A stretch of 64,000 nucleotides of DNA from Candidatus Iainarchaeum sp. (lineage in GTDB: Archaea > Iainarchaeota > Iainarchaeia > Iainarchaeales > JAZDFD01): assembly GCA_043808155.1 (NCBI GenBank), contig JAZDFD010000001.1, forward strand, positions 1 to 64,000, written 5' to 3'. This document shows, one piece after another, positions 47,803 to 58,362 of this stretch. Every line of letters starts with the position of its first letter. The stretch's first letter is position 1. The position numbers and the translations under genes are program-made. The notes beneath the pieces are model-generated. The model saw nothing but the letters and a program-made list of their open reading frames with translations. It ran no database searches and was not told the origin of the DNA.

Positions 47803-48606
47803 TTAAATCACTTTTCCCTTAGAACTGACTTTTTGAATCTCCATATATATTACAGGATTAAGAACGATTATGTATGTTGCTATCAAAGCAGTTAAAAATC
47901 TTGAAACTATGAATAAAAACAGAAATTCTGGTTTATCTGCGACTGCTGCAAGAACAAATGAAACAAAAGAAAGCAGAAGCTGGAAAATAGACGCTTTTGA
48001 TATGTCTTTAAAATTTGATTTTGAAAGTGAAAAACTCTTTCCCAAAGTTCCAAAAACCCCTTTCTTTTCCAGCATTGAAACAGGATAAATCAGATAGAAC
48101 ATTATTGTTGTAATAAGCTCTGCAATAATCAGAAGAATTCCGGATAAAATAATTCCGACAATATCATTTGAAACTAATGAAAACGCCATCCACAAAATAA
48201 AAGGCATGCTTACTAACATGAAAATAAATAATGCAGTAAAAATTGACGGAATTACTATCAAGGATCTTGAAAAAGCAGATTTCACTGCATCAGTAAATGA
48301 AATTTTCTTTTTTTTATAAAAATCATCAACCATTTTCGGATACATTGAATTTATGAATGTGTCAAGAAGCAATACAAACAATGAAAAAATAAATAAAGTC
48401 GACACAACAGGCAACATTTCTGCAGCATAAACTGCAGCTTGGCTTTGGTTTTCCGTAAATATAAACTCAGTTAATGAAACCAGTATGTCCATTGTAAGAA
48501 GCATCATTACGCCATAAACTGCAGCAATTAAAAATTTAGGCAGAAATAATTTCGGCTTCTTTTTCAGAAGATTGAAAGAATTTACAAGAGCATCAATAAA
48601 ATGCAT
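47803..48606 (-). CDS. Multi-pass membrane protein
   Basis: Several TM segments. Confidence 0.7.
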   Translation of the reverse strand: MHFIDALVNSFNLLKKKPKLFLPKFLIAAVYGVMMLLTMDILVSLTEFIFTENQSQAAVYAAEMLPVVSTLFIFSLFVLLLDTFINSMYPKMVDDFYKKKKISFTDAVKSAFSRSLIVIPSIFTALFIFMLVSMPFILWMAFSLVSNDIVGIILSGILLIIAELITTIMFYLIYPVSMLEKKGVFGTLGKSFSLSKSNFKDISKASIFQLLLSFVSFVLAAVADKPEFLFLFIVSRFLTALIATYIIVLNPVIYMEIQKVSSKGKVI

Positions 48607-48611
48607 AATAA

Positions 48612-49883
48612 TCAGATTTCTAATGTTTTACCTAATTCAGGCATATGTGATGTAATTCCTGTGTCTTGTTCAATTTTATCTTTGAAAACAGCCATTGTAT
48701 CTTTATCGCCGTGAACAAGAATTATTTTTTCAGGAGACCATTTTTTTATTGTTTTAAGCATATCAGTTTGTGATGCATGAGCTGAAAAATCAAACTTTCT
48801 TAACTGTGCATTTACTTTGTAAATATTATCATCAATTGTGATTTTACCAGTATCCATCAATAGTCTTCCGGGAGTTCCTTCAACCTGATAACCTGTGAGA
48901 AGTAACTTATTCTTGGGGTTATCTGCTAAATATTTTAGATAATGTAACATAGGCCCTCCTTGGAGCATGCCTGCTGAGGACACAATGACACATGGTTCCT
49001 TCAATGCTTTTTTTCTTTTAAATGGTTTATCAACCCAGATGACTTTTTCTAATGCTTTTCTCAGAGTGGCTTCGTCTTTTAAATAAGTTGAGTGTTCTAA
49101 AAAGATTCTGGACGCTTTTTGCCCCATCCCGTCAAAATAAATTGGCACATCAATTTTGTACTCATAAAGAATATCAATAATTTCCTGGCATCTGCTTACT
49201 GCAAAAGCAGGAATCATAACCCAGCCTCCATTTTCAAGTCCTTCCTTTATTTCTTCAATAAATGTTTTTTCAACTAATTCACGCGGAGGGTGATCTCTGT
49301 CACCATAAGTTGATTCAATTATCAGAGTATCAACTTCGCCAACATCTAAATCAGCTGCATTAAAAAGTCGTGTTTCAATTGGCTGGAAATCGCCAGTGTA
49401 AAGAATGCTTTTTTCTTTGATTGTTAATTTAGATAATGCAGAACCGGGGATATGTCCTGCATCAAAAAGTTCCAAATTTGCATTTTCAGTAATATTGAGA
49501 TTTCTTCTGTACATAATTGGCATAATAAATCGGTCAGCTTTTTTTACTGCATCTTTAGTAAATAAGGGTCTTTCTTTTTCATGTTCTGCAATTTTTATAG
49601 TGTCATACCATAAAAGTCTTGAAATGTCAAGTGTTGGTGGTGTCATATATGTAATAAAATTAGAATCTAAGAAAAGTTCAGGTAAAGCACCAGAATGGTC
49701 AAGGTGAGCATGACTTATGATTACAGCATCTAAATTTGTACCTATATCAAGAGGATACTCTGGTTTTTCGTTTGTTAATTTTATTCCTCTGTCAAAAAGG
49801 AATTTCTCACCAGTATCAATCAAAAAAGAGCTTCTTCCAACTTCTCTGCAGGCTCCAAGACCCTTAAATGTTATTTTTCTCAT
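48612..49883 (-). CDS. Beta-CASP ribonuclease (aCPSF2-like)
   Basis: EVGRS, SHAHLDH, GHIPG, ESTYG and FSAH motifs. Confidence 0.93.
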   Translation of the reverse strand: MRKITFKGLGACREVGRSSFLIDTGEKFLFDRGIKLTNEKPEYPLDIGTNLDAVIISHAHLDHSGALPELFLDSNFITYMTPPTLDISRLLWYDTIKIAEHEKERPLFTKDAVKKADRFIMPIMYRRNLNITENANLELFDAGHIPGSALSKLTIKEKSILYTGDFQPIETRLFNAADLDVGEVDTLIIESTYGDRDHPPRELVEKTFIEEIKEGLENGGWVMIPAFAVSRCQEIIDILYEYKIDVPIYFDGMGQKASRIFLEHSTYLKDEATLRKALEKVIWVDKPFKRKKALKEPCVIVSSAGMLQGGPMLHYLKYLADNPKNKLLLTGYQVEGTPGRLLMDTGKITIDDNIYKVNAQLRKFDFSAHASQTDMLKTIKKWSPEKIILVHGDKDTMAVFKDKIEQDTGITSHMPELGKTLEI

Positions 49884-49965
49884 TAAAAATCACTATTTTA
49901 TGAATTAAACTCAAACAACTTAATAAATGTGCTTGAAAAATAGACGGTTAGAGGAATTAAGCAAA

Positions 49966-50205
49966 TTATTCCCCGTCATCTGCACCGTCATCTGAAGTTT
50001 CAGCATGTGTTTGTACGGCTTTATTAAGATCTTTAACAAGAACATCAGCATCAATACCGTGTGCAATTGCACCCTGTTCTAAATTTTCAAATCTTGCAGC
50101 TGCACAGCCAACGCAATGTAAACCATGCCTCATAAAAACTTCTACTGTTTCTGGAAATTTTGAAACAATGTCCATAATTGACATTTCTTTTGTTATTACA
50201 CCCAT
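49966..50205 (-). CDS. DUF1858 domain protein
   Basis: GLHCVGC...ENLEQGAIAHG. Confidence 0.85.
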   Translation of the reverse strand: MGVITKEMSIMDIVSKFPETVEVFMRHGLHCVGCAAARFENLEQGAIAHGIDADVLVKDLNKAVQTHAETSDDGADDGE

Positions 50206-50219
50206 CTTTTCACCATCCC

Positions 50220-50402
50220 CTATTTTACAACAATTGCTTTTGCAGGACAGCTCACTTCACATGCTCTGCACTGAATGCATTCATCTGGTTTTTTTACAAC
50301 TGATTTAGCGCCTTCTTTTTCAAAAACACCGACTGGACAAACATCTATACATGTTCCGCAACCAGTACATTTAGTAGAATCTATATATGGTCTTTCTGCC
50401 AC
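50220..50402 (-). CDS. 2x[4Fe-4S] ferredoxin
   Basis: Two CxxCxxCxxxCP motifs. Confidence 0.93.
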   Translation of the reverse strand: MAERPYIDSTKCTGCGTCIDVCPVGVFEKEGAKSVVKKPDECIQCRACEVSCPAKAIVVK

Positions 50403-50504
50403 AGAATCTCACCTCACAATAGAATATAATCTTTAAAGAGGGAGGTTTTAAAAGTTAACTAATCGTGATTTTTGGCTTATTTTGCCTAATAATACTCCTT
50501 CCCT

Positions 50505-51533
50505 CTAACGCCATTGTACCGGCAGTTTAGGCGGGTTTTTCAGGAGTTCCACGAGAACTTCAATTGCATCCTCAATATCCTGAGTATGTGCAATACTTAT
50601 TGTTGAATGGAGGTTTCTTATTGCTACACTTAGAGTTGCAGTTGGCACTCCTCCGCGTGTCATTGAAATATTCATTGCGTCTGTTGTTCCGAAATTACTT
50701 ACTTCTAGCTGAAGAGGGATATCTCTTTTCTTTGCTGCTGCTTTTAACATTTCAACAACTTTTTTATTTGAAATCATTCGTTCATCTTTTATTGAAATAC
50801 ATGGTCCTTTTCCAATTTCTTTTGTTATGTAATCTGCACTTGAACAGTCATTTGCATTTGTTGCATCAACTGCGACTGCCCAGTTGGGATTTATTTCATA
50901 TGCAGAAGCTTTAGCTCCAAAAAGCCCCACTTCTTCCTGTGCAGTAAAAACATAATATACTTCATTCTTAACTTTTTTAACGCGCTTTGCCAATTCAATA
51001 AGAACGTAACATCCAATTCTGTCATCAAGTGCTTTTCCGCAGATTATATTTTGGTTCCCCAAATAGGATGGTTTTTCATCAGGAGACATGTAATTTCCTG
51101 GTTCAATACCTAATTTTATAAGCTGTGTCTGAGTAAGTCCTGTGTCAACAAACAAATCACTTATAATTGGAAGATTCTCAATTTCATGGCTGTCGTTTAA
51201 TTCCTTGGTTGTGATTACTCCCAAAATTGTTCCTTTGTTTGTAGGGATTCTGACTTTTTGGCCGACTAAAAGCAGAGGTTCTATTCCTCCGACAGTTGAA
51301 AATCTCATTTTCCCGTTTTTCATTATGTCTTTTACCATTAAACCTATTTCATCCATGTGTGCTGCAAGCATTATTCTGGGTTTTGTTCCTCTCTGTTTTG
51401 CAACAAGATTACCTAGTTTGTCAATTTTTACTTCATCAACATATTTTTTTATTTCTTTTTCAATTATTGTGCGTACTTCATCTTCATCCCCACTTACACC
51501 GTGAGCATCCATTAATTTCATCAAAAGTTCCAT
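50505..51533 (-). CDS. M42 aminopeptidase
   Basis: AHMDEIG, KALDDR and QEEVG motifs. Confidence 0.93.
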   Translation of the reverse strand: MELLMKLMDAHGVSGDEDEVRTIIEKEIKKYVDEVKIDKLGNLVAKQRGTKPRIMLAAHMDEIGLMVKDIMKNGKMRFSTVGGIEPLLLVGQKVRIPTNKGTILGVITTKELNDSHEIENLPIISDLFVDTGLTQTQLIKLGIEPGNYMSPDEKPSYLGNQNIICGKALDDRIGCYVLIELAKRVKKVKNEVYYVFTAQEEVGLFGAKASAYEINPNWAVAVDATNANDCSSADYITKEIGKGPCISIKDERMISNKKVVEMLKAAAKKRDIPLQLEVSNFGTTDAMNISMTRGGVPTATLSVAIRNLHSTISIAHTQDIEDAIEVLVELLKNPPKLPVQWR

Positions 51534-51573
51534 TTTATCACCCGATTCAAAATAATATGTGTTTCTCCTTTAT

Positions 51574-52866
51574 TTAGTTTTTGGAAAGGAGGGATTTTTC
51601 AAAGATTTTCAAACCTCTATCCGCCTGTTCTTTTGTGATTATCAAGGGCGGGGCAAATCTTATTACGCTTTCACCCGCTGGAAGAAGCAAAAGACCGTTG
51701 TCATATGCCCTGCACAGAATTCTGCTTCTTTCTTCTTTGTCTGTTTTTTTGCTTTTTTTGTCTTTTACAATCTCCACTCCGATCATTAATCCTAATCCGC
51801 GTACATCTCCAATACACTCGTGTTCTTCTTTCAGTTCATTTAATTCTTTAATCATATATTTTCCTATTTTTTCAGCATTCTTTCCGAGTTTTTTCTTCGT
51901 CATGTAATTTAGTGTTGCAAGTCCACCTGCGCATGCAAGAAGGTTTCCTCCGAATGTGTTTGCATGTGAGCCTGGTTTCCAGTTCATTACTTTTCTGTTT
52001 GCAATTGTAACTCCTAAAGGTACGCCCCCGCCAACTGCTTTGCTCAAAGCAACTATGTCTGCAGTTACATTGAAATGTTCCATTGCTAAAAATTTTCCTG
52101 TTCTGAAAGCTCCGCTTTGCACTTCGTCGGAGCATAAAAGTGTGTTATATTCATTGCAAAGTTTTCTCAGTCCCTGAATGAATTTCTTTGGAGGTACAAT
52201 ATACCCTCCTTCCCCCTGCACTGGCTCAACAAAAACTGAAGCAAGATTATTTTTCACTGAACGCATTTTCTTTTCCATTGCTTCCAAACATTCATATGAA
52301 CAATCACCAAAAGCTTTTCCAAATTTACATCTGTAACAGTATGCAAAAGGGGTATGCTTAACAGGAAGAAATGGCGCAAATCTTTCTCTCTGCACTTTTT
52401 GTGAATTTGTCATTGACAATGAACCCATAGTTCTACCATGAAATGCTTTTTCAAATGCAATTGTCCATTTTTTATTTGTGTGCCATCTTGCACATTTGTA
52501 AGCTGCTTCAACCGCTTCAGTTCCTGAATTGGACAGAAAACCTGTGTTGTATTTTTTTGAAGTTAGTGTAAAAAGAGTTTCAAGAAATGTCACTGGAAGT
52601 TCAGCATAAAAATCTGCGAATCCTACGTGCATTCCCTTTGTGATTTGTTTTTTCACTGCACTAAGCACTTCGGGATTTGCATGCCCAACATTTGAAACAG
52701 CAATGCTTGCACAAAAATCTAAATATTTGTTATTATCCGCATCCCAGATATACATGCCTTTTGCATGGTCAAAAACCATTTCGTATTCACGCGTAAGGGA
52801 GGGGCTTGTAACTTTCTTATCACGTGCCCTTATTTGCTTTGATTTTGCATTTCTCTTCGATTTCAT
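51574..52866 (-). CDS. Class III PLP aminotransferase
   Basis: NSGTEA, FHGRT, EPVQGEGG and DEVQSG motifs. Confidence 0.95.
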   Translation of the reverse strand: MKSKRNAKSKQIRARDKKVTSPSLTREYEMVFDHAKGMYIWDADNNKYLDFCASIAVSNVGHANPEVLSAVKKQITKGMHVGFADFYAELPVTFLETLFTLTSKKYNTGFLSNSGTEAVEAAYKCARWHTNKKWTIAFEKAFHGRTMGSLSMTNSQKVQRERFAPFLPVKHTPFAYCYRCKFGKAFGDCSYECLEAMEKKMRSVKNNLASVFVEPVQGEGGYIVPPKKFIQGLRKLCNEYNTLLCSDEVQSGAFRTGKFLAMEHFNVTADIVALSKAVGGGVPLGVTIANRKVMNWKPGSHANTFGGNLLACAGGLATLNYMTKKKLGKNAEKIGKYMIKELNELKEEHECIGDVRGLGLMIGVEIVKDKKSKKTDKEERSRILCRAYDNGLLLLPAGESVIRFAPPLIITKEQADRGLKIFEKSLLSKN

Positions 52867-52891
52867 CGCAAGTATTAGGTATTTGAGTTAT

Positions 52892-53392
52892 TTATTTCTT
52901 TCCGTATTTATTTTTTGAGTTAATTCCTGATTTCATTCTAACAATATTTGTTGTTTCATCAAACTCTAAAAGAATTGGGCATTTACCTAAAATATCTGGA
53001 ACACTATGGCGAATATTCTGCCACTGTTCAGTGCCTCTTCCAGCAATTTCAATAATTAAAGAATCTGCTTTTTTTACTAATTTATTAGTGCGTTCTTGCA
53101 ATTCACTAATAAATTTGCGCGTACTTAACTGACGTTTTATATCACTTGGGTGATAATGAGAGTGTAACTGTTTTGTGGCATAGATTGAGCCATACAACAA
53201 ATTGTTGAATATTTGAGTATGTAAATCAGATGGCGAATATAAATATTTATTTTGGAACGCATTAACAGTTACATGCCGATGTATGTCTTGTGCTGTGGCG
53301 CCTTCCTTCTCTAAAACCGGATGTCTAATACAGGCATCAATGATTTTAGTATGATCAAATGGTTTACGTTGTACGGGTTTTTTTACAGGCAT
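52892..53392 (-). CDS. Hypothetical protein with basic N-terminus
   Basis: MPVKKPVQRKPF start; no family recognised. Confidence 0.55.
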   Translation of the reverse strand: MPVKKPVQRKPFDHTKIIDACIRHPVLEKEGATAQDIHRHVTVNAFQNKYLYSPSDLHTQIFNNLLYGSIYATKQLHSHYHPSDIKRQLSTRKFISELQERTNKLVKKADSLIIEIAGRGTEQWQNIRHSVPDILGKCPILLEFDETTNIVRMKSGINSKNKYGKK

Positions 53393-53472
53393 TATAGGAT
53401 AAAGATGCATCTTATTTTTATGCCTTTTCTAAATAACCAATGAGATTATATATTTGATGAATTTAAATTATA

Positions 53473-53982
53473 ATGATGAAAATGCTTAAAGAATTCAAAA
53501 ACAAAAAACCGAAAATACACGCAAGTGCTTTTGTTGCAGAAAATGCTTCAGTTATTGGAAATGTTGAAATTTCCGAAAATTCAAGCATATGGTTTGGCGC
53601 AGTTGTTCGGGGGGATTTAAATTCCATTAAAATTGGTGCCAGAACTAATGTTCAGGACAATGCTGTTCTTCACGTGAGTGAACAAAACTCTCTCGAAATT
53701 GGTGACGATGTTACAATCGGTCATTCTGCAATTGTGCACGGCTGTAAAATTGGAAATAATTGTCTTATTGGAATGGGTGCAGTAATTTTAAGCGGCGCAG
53801 TGATTGGAGACAATTGTGTTGTTGGTGCTGGTTCTGTTGTTACTGAAAACTATGAAGTTCCTTCAGGAAGCGTTGTTTTGGGTGTACCCGGAAAAGTAAA
53901 AAGAAAGATTTCTGAAGTGATGCTTGACGACATTAAAAGAAATGTTTCTGAGTATGTTGAATTAAAAGAAAAATATAAATGA
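53473..53982 (+). CDS. Gamma carbonic anhydrase family protein
   Basis: RGD, NVQDN and GHSAIVHGC hexapeptide repeats. Confidence 0.93.
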   Translation: MMKMLKEFKNKKPKIHASAFVAENASVIGNVEISENSSIWFGAVVRGDLNSIKIGARTNVQDNAVLHVSEQNSLEIGDDVTIGHSAIVHGCKIGNNCLIGMGAVILSGAVIGDNCVVGAGSVVTENYEVPSGSVVLGVPGKVKRKISEVMLDDIKRNVSEYVELKEKYK

Positions 53983-54044
53983 ACAAAGGAAATTAAAAGA
54001 AAAAGAAGAATCAGAAAATGAAAAAAGAAAACATTATAAAAGAA

Positions 54045-55286
54045 TCAGAGCTGCATTTTTTCTTTTACTGCTTCAGCAACTCTTCCTATTGCTAAAATGT
54101 ATGCTGCCTGTCTTGTGGTACATCGGTATTTTTCTCTTATCTTAAAAATGTCTTCGAATGATTTTTCCATAATTTCCTTAAGTTTTGAATTTACTTCTTT
54201 CAGTTCCCAATATTTGTCGTCCATATTTTGTTTCCATTCGAAATAAGAGACAGTAACTCCGCCTGCGTTTGTTAAAATGTCTGGAACTATGAGAACATTC
54301 TTTTTTCTGAGGATTTTATCTGCGTCAGGAGTTGTTGGTCCGTTTGCAAGTTCCATAATCAGCTTTGCTTTTATGTTATTTGCATTTTCTTTTGTGATTT
54401 GGTTTTCGAGTGCTGCAGGAACTAAAATATCAACATCTAACTCCAAAAGTTCGGAGTTTGAAATGTCTTTGCAACCTGCAAATCCTTTTACTGAACCGGT
54501 TTTTGTTTTATGTTCAAAAACTTTTGTTGGCTCTAAACCTTTTTCACAGTAAATCCCGCCTTTGGAATCAGAAACTGCAACAACTTGAAAACCCATTTCA
54601 GTAATTAATTCTGCAAAAACATGTCCTGCATTTCCATAACCCTGAATTGCAACTGTCTTTCTTTTTGAATTAACTTTTGAAACTGCTGCATCAAGAATGA
54701 ATGCGGCTCCTTGTGCTGTTGCCTTGTCTCTTCCTTTGGAACCACCCTGTTCAACAGGTTTTCCGGTAATTACGCCTAGTGATTTTGGATCGTGAGTTAT
54801 TTTTTCGTATTCATCACGCATCCAGTTCATTATTTTTGCATTTGTGTAAACATCTGGTGCAGGAACATCTTTCATCGGACCCACGATGTCTGCAACTTTT
54901 CGCATGTATTCTCTGCTTAAGTTTTCTAATTCAGTTTCAGAAAGTTCTTTAGGATTTACAATTACTCCGCCTTTTCCCCCGCCCAATGGAAGGTCTGTTA
55001 CTGCGCATTTGAAAGTCATCCACATTGAAAGTGCCTTAACTTCATCAAGTGAAACATTCGGGTGATATCTTATTCCGCCTTTAGCTGGGCCTCTTGCATG
55101 CGAATGCTGACAGCGGAAACCTTTGAAGATTTTTATTTCACCAGTGTCCATCTTCACAGGCAAATAAACTGTAAGAACTCTTTCAGGTTCTCTGAGAATT
55201 TTTGCAATGTTTGAATCAAGCTTCATTAATTCAGCTGCTTCATCAAACTGCTTCTGTGCGCTTTCAAAAGGATTTACATTAGACAT
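54045..55286 (-). CDS. gdhA: Glutamate dehydrogenase
   Basis: KGGIRYHP, GGGKGG, PAPD and GGVTVSYFEW motifs. Confidence 0.96.
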   Translation of the reverse strand: MSNVNPFESAQKQFDEAAELMKLDSNIAKILREPERVLTVYLPVKMDTGEIKIFKGFRCQHSHARGPAKGGIRYHPNVSLDEVKALSMWMTFKCAVTDLPLGGGKGGVIVNPKELSETELENLSREYMRKVADIVGPMKDVPAPDVYTNAKIMNWMRDEYEKITHDPKSLGVITGKPVEQGGSKGRDKATAQGAAFILDAAVSKVNSKRKTVAIQGYGNAGHVFAELITEMGFQVVAVSDSKGGIYCEKGLEPTKVFEHKTKTGSVKGFAGCKDISNSELLELDVDILVPAALENQITKENANNIKAKLIMELANGPTTPDADKILRKKNVLIVPDILTNAGGVTVSYFEWKQNMDDKYWELKEVNSKLKEIMEKSFEDIFKIREKYRCTTRQAAYILAIGRVAEAVKEKMQL

Positions 55287-55438
55287 TTAATCACTCCTCA
55301 CAATTACTGCAACTTTTTGCAGGTCACCAATTATTATGGAATACATGCAGAGGAATAAATAGGTTTCGTTTGTGTTAAGATGATATACATAATTAATGAA
55401 TCAGAATAATAAAATAAAGAATTAGAAATGAAGATTAT

Positions 55439-55633
55439 TTACTCTTCAGTTACCATAATGCATGAAACAGGACAACTGCTTTCTGCTTCTTTGTTGCAAC
55501 CAACATCATCTAATTTTGTCTTTTTGGGAGCAGATTTACCATCGCTTTTTATTTCCCAATTTTCTTCACAAACTGCTGCGCATGCACCGCAACCAATGCA
55601 GGCATCTCTGTCGTGTTTTATAATAAAAGCCAA
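55439..55633 (-). CDS. Ferredoxin
   Basis: CIGCGACAAVC...CP. Confidence 0.88.
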   Translation of the reverse strand: MAFIIKHDRDACIGCGACAAVCEENWEIKSDGKSAPKKTKLDDVGCNKEAESSCPVSCIMVTEE

Positions 55634-55674
55634 TATTACACCTCGTGAAAATATATTTTAATTCACTTAAAAAA

Positions 55675-55914
55675 TTATAATCCAAGAGCTTCATCAATTG
55701 CGTCTCTGTTAAAACCAACAATTATTTTGCCATCAATGTCTAAAACTGGTACTCCGCTTTGTCCTGACTTTGACATCATTTCCTTTGCTTTTTCGTGGTC
55801 CTGTGAAACATCAATATCTTCGAATTCCACACCTTTTTCTTTCAGATAGTCCTTTACCATATGACAGTAGGGACAGGTTTGTGTTGAATAAACAATTACA
55901 TTTGCCATTTGCAT
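55675..55914 (-). CDS. Glutaredoxin-like protein
   Basis: CPYC and GVPV motifs. Confidence 0.92.
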   Translation of the reverse strand: MQMANVIVYSTQTCPYCHMVKDYLKEKGVEFEDIDVSQDHEKAKEMMSKSGQSGVPVLDIDGKIIVGFNRDAIDEALGL

Positions 55915-55985
55915 ACCCCCCTATACTGTCTATTTTGGGGAAGTGTTAAAAAGGTTTTGCGAAAATGAATTAATAGTGATTTTTT

Positions 55986-56741
55986 ATGAGTAATAAGAAG
56001 AAGAAAACCAAAGAAAATAATGATAGTATCTCTGAAGAAATAAAAGAAACAGAATTGCGGGAAGCATCTGAAGACATTTCAGAAGTATATCAGAAAAAAT
56101 CTGAAGATGACGCCTCAAAAGAAAATAAAGCAACTGAAACAGACGAAACACAAGTAGCAGAAAAAGAAACAACTGAAATTCCAAAAAGCAGAATTTCACA
56201 GAAAACAATTATGGCTCTTGGAGTTGTAGTTATTTTTGCAGTTGTCGGAATAATTTTTTTCTTTTCAATTGAATTACCGCCAACAGGTCAGATTGTAATG
56301 ACTGGTCTTGACAATGTGGATGCCGGAGAAATAACAACTTTTTCAGCATATGAAATGGACACATGCACTGATAACGGAAAACCAACTGTGATTCAGTTTT
56401 CAATTTCAACTTGCCCACATTGTGTATGGGCAGAAGATGCATTCAAGGCGGCAGTAAAACCATATGTTGCAGAAGGAAAAATCTCAGCTTATCTTTGGAA
56501 TTTAGATACTGGTGACAATCTCTTAACAGAAATAATTGAAACCAAAGATGAAATTCCAAGAAAACATCTGCAGATTTTCTCACACTTTGATACTCAGCAA
56601 CAGGTTCCGTTCTTTGTAATTGGCTGCAGATATTACAGATTGGGAACAGCCTATGAAATAGAAAACAACAAAGAAAAAGAAGTTGCAGAGATGAAAGCAG
56701 TTATTGAACAAATGTTAAAAGAGTTTGAAGAAGGGAAATAA
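55986..56741 (+). CDS. Membrane-anchored thioredoxin-fold protein
   Basis: TM helix, CPHC and VP motifs. Confidence 0.8.
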   Translation: MSNKKKKTKENNDSISEEIKETELREASEDISEVYQKKSEDDASKENKATETDETQVAEKETTEIPKSRISQKTIMALGVVVIFAVVGIIFFFSIELPPTGQIVMTGLDNVDAGEITTFSAYEMDTCTDNGKPTVIQFSISTCPHCVWAEDAFKAAVKPYVAEGKISAYLWNLDTGDNLLTEIIETKDEIPRKHLQIFSHFDTQQQVPFFVIGCRYYRLGTAYEIENNKEKEVAEMKAVIEQMLKEFEEGK

Positions 56742-56820
56742 ACTTCTTCTAATTTCTATTTTTTATAATTCTGTTTTTGTCTGTTATTTTTATTATCCTG
56801 TTTTGACCTGTTATTTTTTA

Positions 56821-57177
56821 TTATCCTATTTTTATCAGTTCGCAATTTTCATCTAATTCTATAAAATATTCTGCGTTGTTTTCTCTGAATGCTGAACATT
56901 GATTTTCCGGAAGATTATCAATTTCTGTTCGCGGGTTGTGTGCAATGTCACATACGTAATTTGGCATCTCCTGAATAGGATTTCCAATGCATGGACCGGC
57001 GCTTAAATCTCCGCCATCTGAAATTTTAAGTTCACACAAATCCCTGCACATTTTTACTGCAGCATCCTGTGTTGAAAGTTTTTCCACTGTAGGATAATTG
57101 AAAAAATCAGTAAACAGCAACAGTGAAAATAAAATAAGCACAGCAGCAATAATGAGAACAATTATCGATTTTTTCAT
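56821..57177 (-). CDS. Exported Cys-rich small protein
   Basis: N-terminal TM/signal; six Cys. Confidence 0.65.
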   Translation of the reverse strand: MKKSIIVLIIAAVLILFSLLLFTDFFNYPTVEKLSTQDAAVKMCRDLCELKISDGGDLSAGPCIGNPIQEMPNYVCDIAHNPRTEIDNLPENQCSAFRENNAEYFIELDENCELIKIG

Positions 57178-57252
57178 ACTACAAATAGAGCCGAAAACAA
57201 TAAAAAAAGAAAAAGAGAAAATCCCTTTCGGGATTTTAACCACAGATTTTAA

Positions 57253-58329
57253 TTAACCGCAAGTTGCGTCTGTTCCTGTGCCTTCTTCATATCCAAAGCC
57301 AGCGGATGGCGATACAGAAGATAATTCAAGAGTGCATTCTTCTGGCTGTTCATTGAATGCTCCGCAGATTGTTTGCAGTAAACTTGCAGAAGTTCTTGCA
57401 CTGTTTACAGTTGTTCCATTAACAACTAAAGTCGGGCTTCCACCAACACCATACTCGGTATTCTTTTCTGCATCAATTCCAAATAAAGGATATTTTCCGC
57501 TCAGGTATTTTGTTGTGTCAAGATAATTTGCAGTTATTTGGAATTCATTATCTGCGTCTAAAACACATGTTTCCATTGCTGCAGTGTCTATTTCTGCTTC
57601 TGCTAAACAGGTGTCAGTCTCTCCTGCTTTAAGGAAACATTTCAGGTATGGCAAATATTTGTCATTTTGTTCTTCTTCAATACAGTACTGTTTTAATTCT
57701 TCCTGCATTTCAGTAAGACCGTGCATTGTATAGTAGACAAATCTCATTTCGAAATCTATTTTGTCACCAAGTGTTTCCACAACTGGAATTAGTCCTTTTT
57801 CCATTTGTGTTCCGTATGGGCAATGTGACATAACAAATAATTCGACTGTGGGTTTATCAGATTTCTGTAATTCGACTACTGGTTCTGGTTCAGATGCTGG
57901 CTGTTCCAAAGCAACAGCAGTATCTAAAACACTTCCCAAAAGAATTCTGTCTCCGGTTTCGGTTACATAAACAGTTCCTGGTTGTGTTTGTCCATCCAAA
58001 GTTACATCAATAGTTACTGCATAAAGACTGTCTCCAGCGGATTCAATATTGGTTACTGTTGCAGTTGCACCATCGGGGATTAAATTTGTATTTACATAAT
58101 CCAAAACTTTTGTGCTAAGCGTTCCTGTGTTCATACTTGTATTAACTGTATTATCCCCAATTACAACTTCTGCAGTTGAATGGGGAAACCAAACTGAGCC
58201 CATAACAAGCCCTGCTGCAAGAACTAAAACTGCGCCGATAATTGCAAACTCAAGCTTTATGTGTTTCGGCACTTCAAAGGATGAAGGCTTTTCCGAAACT
58301 TTCTTTTCTTTTGTTTCTTTTTCTGTCAT
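57253..58329 (-). CDS. Membrane-anchored DsbA/thioredoxin-like protein (CPYG)
   Basis: FVMSHCPYG and GSPTLVVNG motifs. Confidence 0.8.
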   Translation of the reverse strand: MTEKETKEKKVSEKPSSFEVPKHIKLEFAIIGAVLVLAAGLVMGSVWFPHSTAEVVIGDNTVNTSMNTGTLSTKVLDYVNTNLIPDGATATVTNIESAGDSLYAVTIDVTLDGQTQPGTVYVTETGDRILLGSVLDTAVALEQPASEPEPVVELQKSDKPTVELFVMSHCPYGTQMEKGLIPVVETLGDKIDFEMRFVYYTMHGLTEMQEELKQYCIEEEQNDKYLPYLKCFLKAGETDTCLAEAEIDTAAMETCVLDADNEFQITANYLDTTKYLSGKYPLFGIDAEKNTEYGVGGSPTLVVNGTTVNSARTSASLLQTICGAFNEQPEECTLELSSVSPSAGFGYEEGTGTDATCG

Positions 58330-58362
58330 CGTATACCCTCCTCAATTAAGATGATTATAATT

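Noticed and set aside
56771-56835. Short tandem duplication CTGTTATTTTT(T)ATTATCCT
   Set aside because: Two low-complexity copies between convergent genes; probably slippage in a terminator region.
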